From Akkermansiaceae bacterium (lineage in GTDB: Bacteria > Verrucomicrobiota > Verrucomicrobiia > Verrucomicrobiales > Akkermansiaceae), in the NCBI GenBank assembly GCA_031431855.1, contig JANPEG010000067.1:23770-87769 (forward strand): a stretch of 64,000 nt of DNA, given 5' to 3'. Made by a program: the position numbers and the translations under genes. Below the pieces are notes generated by a model, which saw nothing but the letters and a program-made list of their open reading frames with translations, was not told the origin of the DNA and made no database searches. Positions 58,556 to 64,000 of the stretch are shown piece by piece. Position 1 is the stretch's first letter. The number at the start of each line of letters is the position of its first letter.

Positions 58556-59296
58556 ATGGAAGCTTTGAAAGTAAACGACCAAGACCAAGATGTCGCCGAT
58601 CCCGCACAGCTTTCCGGTGAGCTCGTGAATCTGCGCGCAGGTCAGCGGCTTGAATTGCTTTATAAGCAACTTGGCGATCGTCTGGTTGCGAGCACCAGCT
58701 TCGGCCTGCAAGCTGCGGTGATGCTCAAACTCATCCACGATCACGCACCGAAAATCCCCGTCGTCTTCATCGATACCGGATTCCTGTTTCCTGAGACCTA
58801 CCGCTACGCGGAAGAGTTGATGGAAAAATTCCCGCTCGATTATCGGATTTATCATCCAACGATTTCCGCTTCTCGCATCCAAGCACTTTGGGGGAATCTC
58901 TGGGAAAACGGAAAAGAAGGTGCGGATCGCTACGCGCTTCTAACAAAAGTCGAGCCGATGAATCGCGCGTTGCGTGAAATCGGTGGCGATGTTTGGATCA
59001 GCGGCCTGCGTCGCTCTCACTCCGATACGCGCCAAGAACGTAATTTCGCCGAACAGCAGAAAAGAACTCTCAAAGTCTATCCCATTCTCGATTGGGCCGA
59101 CGCACAGGTGGATCTGTTTTTCCACCAACACCAACTTCCCCGTCATCCCCTAGCAGAACAAGGCTACGTCACCATGGGTGATTGGCATAGCACCAAGCCT
59201 TCCGAAGACGGCACCGCCAACGGCACCCGCTTCAATGGCGAGAAATTTGAGTGCGGTTTGCATCTCGAATCCACCACTTCGGATTTCCAGATTTAG
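58556..59296 (+). CDS. cysH: Phosphoadenylyl-sulfate (PAPS) reductase
   Basis: STSFG, DTG, KVEPM, GLRR and ECGLH motifs. It lacks the CC/CxxC Fe-S cysteines of APS reductases. Confidence 0.92.
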   Translation: MEALKVNDQDQDVADPAQLSGELVNLRAGQRLELLYKQLGDRLVASTSFGLQAAVMLKLIHDHAPKIPVVFIDTGFLFPETYRYAEELMEKFPLDYRIYHPTISASRIQALWGNLWENGKEGADRYALLTKVEPMNRALREIGGDVWISGLRRSHSDTRQERNFAEQQKRTLKVYPILDWADAQVDLFFHQHQLPRHPLAEQGYVTMGDWHSTKPSEDGTANGTRFNGEKFECGLHLESTTSDFQI

Positions 59297-59387
59297 GAGC
59301 GGTTCTTTTTGCTTCTCTCATAAAACAAATTTCTAGCATGATTCAATCTGATTGATCTCGGCGATCATTTCATCATTACCATTATCC

Positions 59388-59963
59388 ATGCCATTACATC
59401 GCCATCATATTGTCCTCGCCAGTTGCGTTTGGGTTGCTCTGTTTCTGAGTAGTTGTGTTTTTAAAAGCGACGAGGACTTACGGCGAACTTATCTACCCGA
59501 GGAGAAACGAGTTCCGGTGTTGATTAAAACTAGCGGAAAATTGACCTATCAACAGCTCAAAGGCTCCGATATCGCGATCGTCCAGTGTCCGCGTCAACCG
59601 ACAATGTCGGTTTACTGGCCTGATGGGGTTGCGCATCTGGAACAGGCGGATGTTGAGATTCTTGATGAAAAATGGGAGGGAGGAAAACGGTTGATTCTTC
59701 GGGTGATTTCGAATGGCAAGACCCTGTATGATGCGTCTATCTGCGATCTGCATCACGTTCCGATGCTCCGCAGGGAAGAGCAGGGGGTTGATGGCGGTGA
59801 GTATCCGGATTCGCTCTTTGAGGATGGTGAACCCAAGCTATTCAAGAATGATGGAAAGGTCTACCTTCTATGTGGTTCCGGAATCAGGCATACGGTATGG
59901 CGTTGCCCGACCTGTTATGAAGCCTCCGAACGCTGGAGGAAACGCCATGGGATATCCGATTGA
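59388..59963 (+). CDS. Hypothetical lipoprotein
   Basis: Lipobox LSSC; no family recognised. Confidence 0.55.
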   Translation: MPLHRHHIVLASCVWVALFLSSCVFKSDEDLRRTYLPEEKRVPVLIKTSGKLTYQQLKGSDIAIVQCPRQPTMSVYWPDGVAHLEQADVEILDEKWEGGKRLILRVISNGKTLYDASICDLHHVPMLRREEQGVDGGEYPDSLFEDGEPKLFKNDGKVYLLCGSGIRHTVWRCPTCYEASERWRKRHGISD

Positions 59964-60025
59964 TTTGGATGCCGCTGAAATGTTTTAGCTTTCGTGCGTC
60001 TCACTTTGAAGTTAAGCAAATAGAT

Positions 60026-61033
60026 ATGAAATCAAGTTCCGTCATCCGATGTTTGTCCGTGTTGTTCGTCTTGGGTATTTGCCATGCACGTGCAGAGCAG
60101 ACCAAAGAAAAGATTTGGACCGATCCTGAAGTCGCGCTAAGTGAAGATACTGATTTTTCGATTCAGGGAGAATACGGAAGTGCAAAACCAGAAGGTGCCA
60201 CTGAGGGGGTTCAGGTCGTCGCGCTCGGAGGCGGCGCGTTTGATGCCTATCTATTGCAAGACGGACTCCCGGGCTTGGGATGGACTCCTGATAAGACGCG
60301 CACCATTCTTAAAGGCACACGTCAGGAAGATAAAATCGTTTTCGAAAGTTCTGACAAATCGATCACGGCAACGATTCAAAACAGCAAGTGGATTCTAACA
60401 GATAAGGATGGTAAGAAATCGGAGCTTCCACGCATCGAGCGTAAGAGTCCGTCTTTGGGGATGGCTGCGCCGAAGGACGCTGTGGTTTTGTTTGATGGAA
60501 GTTCGGCAGAGCAGTGGGAAAATGGAAAAGTTGAAAACGGCTTTCTCGCTTCTGGCTGCACCTCCAAGCAACGCTTCGCAAGTTATCGTCTTCACCTCGA
60601 ATTCCGCACGCCCTACAAGCCCACTGCTCGTGGACAGGGTCGCGGCAACAGCGGCATTTATCACAGCGGCCGTTGGGAAACCCAGGTGCTTGATTCCTTC
60701 GGGCTCGATGGAAAGGACAACGAGTGCGGAGGGATTTATTCGGTCTCAAAACCCATTCTCAACATGTGCCTGCCGCCACTCGCATGGCAGACCTATGATG
60801 TCGATTTCACGGCCGCTAAATTTGATGCCGAAGGCAAACGAACCGTATGGCCTCGGATCACCGTGAGGCTCAATGGCGTGCTCGTGCATGACGACCTGGA
60901 ACTCAACAAGGATTTCACCACCGCTGCGCCGATGTCGACTCCGCTCGTAAATCCCGAGGGCCCAGTTAATATCCAAGATCATGGCAACCCAGTCTTTTTC
61001 CGCAATATCTGGATCGTGCCGGTGAAGGACTGA
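60026..61033 (+). CDS. DUF1080 (3-keto-disaccharide hydrolase-like) protein
   Basis: LFDG, LHLEF, GNSGIY, ETQVLDS and IQDHGNPVFFRNIW motifs. Confidence 0.9.
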   Translation: MKSSSVIRCLSVLFVLGICHARAEQTKEKIWTDPEVALSEDTDFSIQGEYGSAKPEGATEGVQVVALGGGAFDAYLLQDGLPGLGWTPDKTRTILKGTRQEDKIVFESSDKSITATIQNSKWILTDKDGKKSELPRIERKSPSLGMAAPKDAVVLFDGSSAEQWENGKVENGFLASGCTSKQRFASYRLHLEFRTPYKPTARGQGRGNSGIYHSGRWETQVLDSFGLDGKDNECGGIYSVSKPILNMCLPPLAWQTYDVDFTAAKFDAEGKRTVWPRITVRLNGVLVHDDLELNKDFTTAAPMSTPLVNPEGPVNIQDHGNPVFFRNIWIVPVKD

Positions 61034-61062
61034 CCAGCGAGGAGGAGTTTATCGAAACGATG

Positions 61063-61518
61063 CTAGCGGGAACGTGGTGATCTTCCTTCGCCTTTTAGTA
61101 TGATGGTTTCGGAGGGAAGCGCAGCCCCTCGCTGAATCCATTCTCTCAGGGTAGCTACTTCGCGTGTGCTCATCGCGTGACCCGTCGGCGGCATCGCACC
61201 TGCCTGATTGTCGGCTAGGGTGACGACTACGTAAAAGCGGCTTTTCTCGGGATTTCTCGGCACAATCAAATTGTTAGGCCCAATCAGGCCGGCGAGGGCT
61301 TTGGTATCGGTTAGAGAGGGCATCCCCGGTAGTCGGATCGCCGCATGGCAGTGAACACAGTTGCGCTCAAGCACCGGCTTGACCTTGGCGAAGGCGGCAG
61401 CATTGTCGTTATCCTGGATTTCAACTTCGGTTTGAGTTGCGCAGGAAATAACAAATAACACGGCACTCGATAGAAGAAGGCCGCGGAGCAACGGTGGAGA
61501 CAGAGGAAAAAATTTCAT
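61063..61518 (-). CDS. c-type cytochrome lipoprotein (planctomycete cytochrome c-like)
   Basis: CVHCH heme motif, MPP and LREWIQRGA; lipobox ISC. Confidence 0.85.
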   Translation of the reverse strand: MKFFPLSPPLLRGLLLSSAVLFVISCATQTEVEIQDNDNAAAFAKVKPVLERNCVHCHAAIRLPGMPSLTDTKALAGLIGPNNLIVPRNPEKSRFYVVVTLADNQAGAMPPTGHAMSTREVATLREWIQRGAALPSETIILKGEGRSPRSR

Positions 61519-61649
61519 AAGCGGTCAGGAAGATTGGAAGTAATAGAGTGAATAAGTGATCAAATCAGTGCAGGTGGGAATAGAATTGATTGCGTTTTGC
61601 TTTGAGCGGCGATCTGCGTCGAGAGCTACCTACCCATGCTTCGCTTTTA

Positions 61650-63392
61650 TCATGATGGCGGCTTATCTGCTGTAAAGCTGAGTCTTGCGAGTTCCGCGTA
61701 GTATTCGCAGCTTTCTAAGAGTTCATAATGGGTTCCGTGGGCGACGACTTCGCCGAGGCGCATGACGTAGATTCGGTGCGCGTTTTTGATCGTGCTGAGA
61801 CGGTGCGCGATGACGAGGCAGGTGCGGTTTTGTCGGAGCTCGTCGACAGCTTGTTGGATGAGTTTTTCGCTCTTCGTATCGACGGCGCTGGTGGCCTCGT
61901 CGAGGAGGAGAATGGGCGCGTTTTTCAGGAAGGCGCGGGCGATGGAAATGCGTTGTTTCTCGCCACCGCTGAGGCGACCGCCTCGTTCGCCGACGGTTGC
62001 ATCGAGCTGACCATCGAGACGTTCGACAAAGTCTGCAGCGCACGCGCGTCGTAGGCTTTCCCAAAGTTCTTCTTCCGTCGCATCGGGTTTGCCGATCAGG
62101 AGGTTCTCTCGGATGGTTTGATTGAATAGATAGCTTTCCTGGGTGACATAGCCGATGGCATCGCGGAGGCTCGCCTTGTTCAAATGGCTGATGGGTTTTC
62201 CATCCAGATAAATCTCACCGGTGCTCGGATCGTAGAGTCTTGTTAGAAGTTGGAATAGAGTGCTCTTGCCCGCGCCAGTCGCGCCGACGATGGCGACGGT
62301 TTGATAAGGCGGGACGATCAGGTTGATGTTGGTGAGAATGGGGCGGCTCTCGTCGTAGCAAAAACTCACGTTTTCAAAACGGATCTCGCCCTTCACCGAA
62401 TCCGGATGATCGCCACTGACTAGGTCTTCCGCCCCTGACATGTTGATGATCTCGAAAACCCGTCTGCCTGAGATGAGTCCACCGAGAAACGATGTGCTCA
62501 AACCGTGCAGTCGGCTGATTGGCTCATACAACATACCGATGAGCATTAGAAACTGAGTGAGCTGGCCGATCGTGATTTCCTTCATGATGCACCAGTAAGC
62601 TCCGCATCCAACTAATAGGATGAGGCCAATATCACCGAGGAAACCCATGCTCGGTCCATAGAGAGCCCAAGCGCGCTGGAGCCGAGTTTGATGGCGGCGA
62701 TACTCGGTGCTGGATCGGTCAAAATCGCGCTGCTTTTCAGGCTCGAGCGTGTAGGTTTTGATCTGGCGGATGCCGGCAATGTTGTCATGGAGCAGGGAGT
62801 TGAGTCCGCCTGCGGACTCGCGGGCATTCTCCGCTCTCGGACTCACCCATCGGGCGTTGATCCAACCTCCCGCTGCGATGAATGGCACGGGCAGCAGGGT
62901 GACGAGCGCCAGTTTTGGATGCACCCAAAACATGAAGCCTGCGGTTAGGATGATTTGAAGGATGGATGGCAGGGTCTGATCGATGCCATCTAGAACGATG
63001 CGCTGTGTCGCAGGCACATCGGTCGACATGCGCATGAGGATGTCGCCCGTGGACTGGCGATCGAACCATTTCAGCGGAAGGTGCTGAATCTTATCATGCA
63101 ATCGACTTCGGAGATCGTAGGTCATGCGTAGCTCGAAGGCATTGTTAGTGAGTGTTCGTAGGCTGAAAAAAATCTGCCGCAGTAGCATCGCGCCGAGAGC
63201 CATCGCTGCGGCAGGGAGGATGCGCGAGGTGTCTCCGTTGGGAATGATATCGTCGAGAAACCACTGAGTGAGTCCGGGAAACACGAAACCTAACAGAGTT
63301 CCCGCAATAGACAGACTCAAGCCTGCAGCAACGCGCCATGGATAGCGCGCCATGAAGTGAAGTATGAGCAAAAAGGGAGAAGTGGTTTTCAT
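61650..63392 (-). CDS. ABC exporter, fused permease/ATPase (type IV, MsbA-like)
   Basis: TM domain plus GATGAGKS, LSGGEKQR and LLLDEATS motifs. Confidence 0.93.
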   Translation of the reverse strand: MKTTSPFLLILHFMARYPWRVAAGLSLSIAGTLLGFVFPGLTQWFLDDIIPNGDTSRILPAAAMALGAMLLRQIFFSLRTLTNNAFELRMTYDLRSRLHDKIQHLPLKWFDRQSTGDILMRMSTDVPATQRIVLDGIDQTLPSILQIILTAGFMFWVHPKLALVTLLPVPFIAAGGWINARWVSPRAENARESAGGLNSLLHDNIAGIRQIKTYTLEPEKQRDFDRSSTEYRRHQTRLQRAWALYGPSMGFLGDIGLILLVGCGAYWCIMKEITIGQLTQFLMLIGMLYEPISRLHGLSTSFLGGLISGRRVFEIINMSGAEDLVSGDHPDSVKGEIRFENVSFCYDESRPILTNINLIVPPYQTVAIVGATGAGKSTLFQLLTRLYDPSTGEIYLDGKPISHLNKASLRDAIGYVTQESYLFNQTIRENLLIGKPDATEEELWESLRRACAADFVERLDGQLDATVGERGGRLSGGEKQRISIARAFLKNAPILLLDEATSAVDTKSEKLIQQAVDELRQNRTCLVIAHRLSTIKNAHRIYVMRLGEVVAHGTHYELLESCEYYAELARLSFTADKPPS

Positions 63393-64000
63393 GAAGGAAG
63401 AGAAAGATGATTGTTCCGGATCTCCCAGCTCCCCGAGCGATCGAGTTCTAGAAGTCGCTCGTGATGTTCTATCAAGGTCGTGCGGTGGCCCACGCTGATA
63501 TAACCCACTCCAGATCCTTTCAGTAAGGCATATAGGCGATCTTGATTGGCTTCGTCGAGGGCACTGGTCGCCTCGTCGAGAAATGCGAACTTGGGCGGGT
63601 GCAGGAAAAGGCGAGCAAAGGCAACCCGCTGCTGCTCGCCGAGAGAAAGGATGTTGGTCCAGTCCACGACGCGATCGAGATCGCCATCAACACGTGCGAA
63701 CACATCGGCGAGATTCACTTCTTCCACGATCCGGTGTATTTCATCATCACTCACTGCGCGACCTGGAAAGGGATAGAGTAACTGATCACGTAAGCTGCCC
63801 TGAACCATATAGGGTCGCTGCGGAAGAAACATGAGATCGCTTAAAGCCGGTCTTTCGAGTGATCCGGAGCCACTCGACCAAAGGCCGGCGACGGTGCGCA
63901 ATACCGAACTTTTCCCCGTTCCGCTCGCGCCCATGATGAGCATGCTCTGCCGTTTCCGAAGCTCGAAAGATAAATCGGTCACCAGCGTTTTGGAGCCATC
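63389..64000 (-). CDS. ABC transporter ATPase domain (ABCD/YddA-like), partial; 5' end outside window
   Basis: Frame open to the window edge; GASGTGKSS, LSLGEQQR and FLDEATSALD motifs; ATGA overlap with the downstream exporter. Confidence 0.88.
   Translation of the reverse strand, partial: DGSKTLVTDLSFELRKRQSMLIMGASGTGKSSVLRTVAGLWSSGSGSLERPALSDLMFLPQRPYMVQGSLRDQLLYPFPGRAVSDDEIHRIVEEVNLADVFARVDGDLDRVVDWTNILSLGEQQRVAFARLFLHPPKFAFLDEATSALDEANQDRLYALLKGSGVGYISVGHRTTLIEHHERLLELDRSGSWEIRNNHLSLPS

Noticed and set aside
1-64000. tRNA, rRNA, integrase or transposase genes
   Set aside because: None recognised by eye. tRNAscan-SE and HMM searches were not run, so a divergent example cannot be fully excluded.

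Overview
Bacterial chromosome segment. Gene content and protein style suggest Verrucomicrobiota (Luteolibacter/Verrucomicrobiaceae-like); this is an inference and no search was run. It holds about 60 CDS, mostly housekeeping genes (alaS 3' end, argG, recO, proC, bamD-lptE, speA, moeB, ispE, aroB, cysJIH) interleaved with accessory blocks. The accessory blocks are a Phd-PIN toxin-antitoxin pair, an arsR-DUF6428-aquaporin-arsC operon, a desaturase/FAD-oxidoreductase/DUF1365/cfa lipid-modification operon and an orphan DNA methyltransferase. The most notable structure is an AT-rich three-gene cassette (44312-48223) around a secreted Amidase_3 protein. It is bracketed by two 67-bp copies of the 3' end of an L,D-transpeptidase gene, and the orphan copy differs mostly at third codon positions. 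Also seen: an unannotated pseudogene fragment, a candidate structured ncRNA, several GT(A/G)G-REP-like pairs (two translated inside gene 3' ends) and two OmpA-like domains sharing the same non-canonical motif. No rRNA, tRNA, CRISPR array, integrase or transposase was recognised. All family assignments come from motif recognition by eye.
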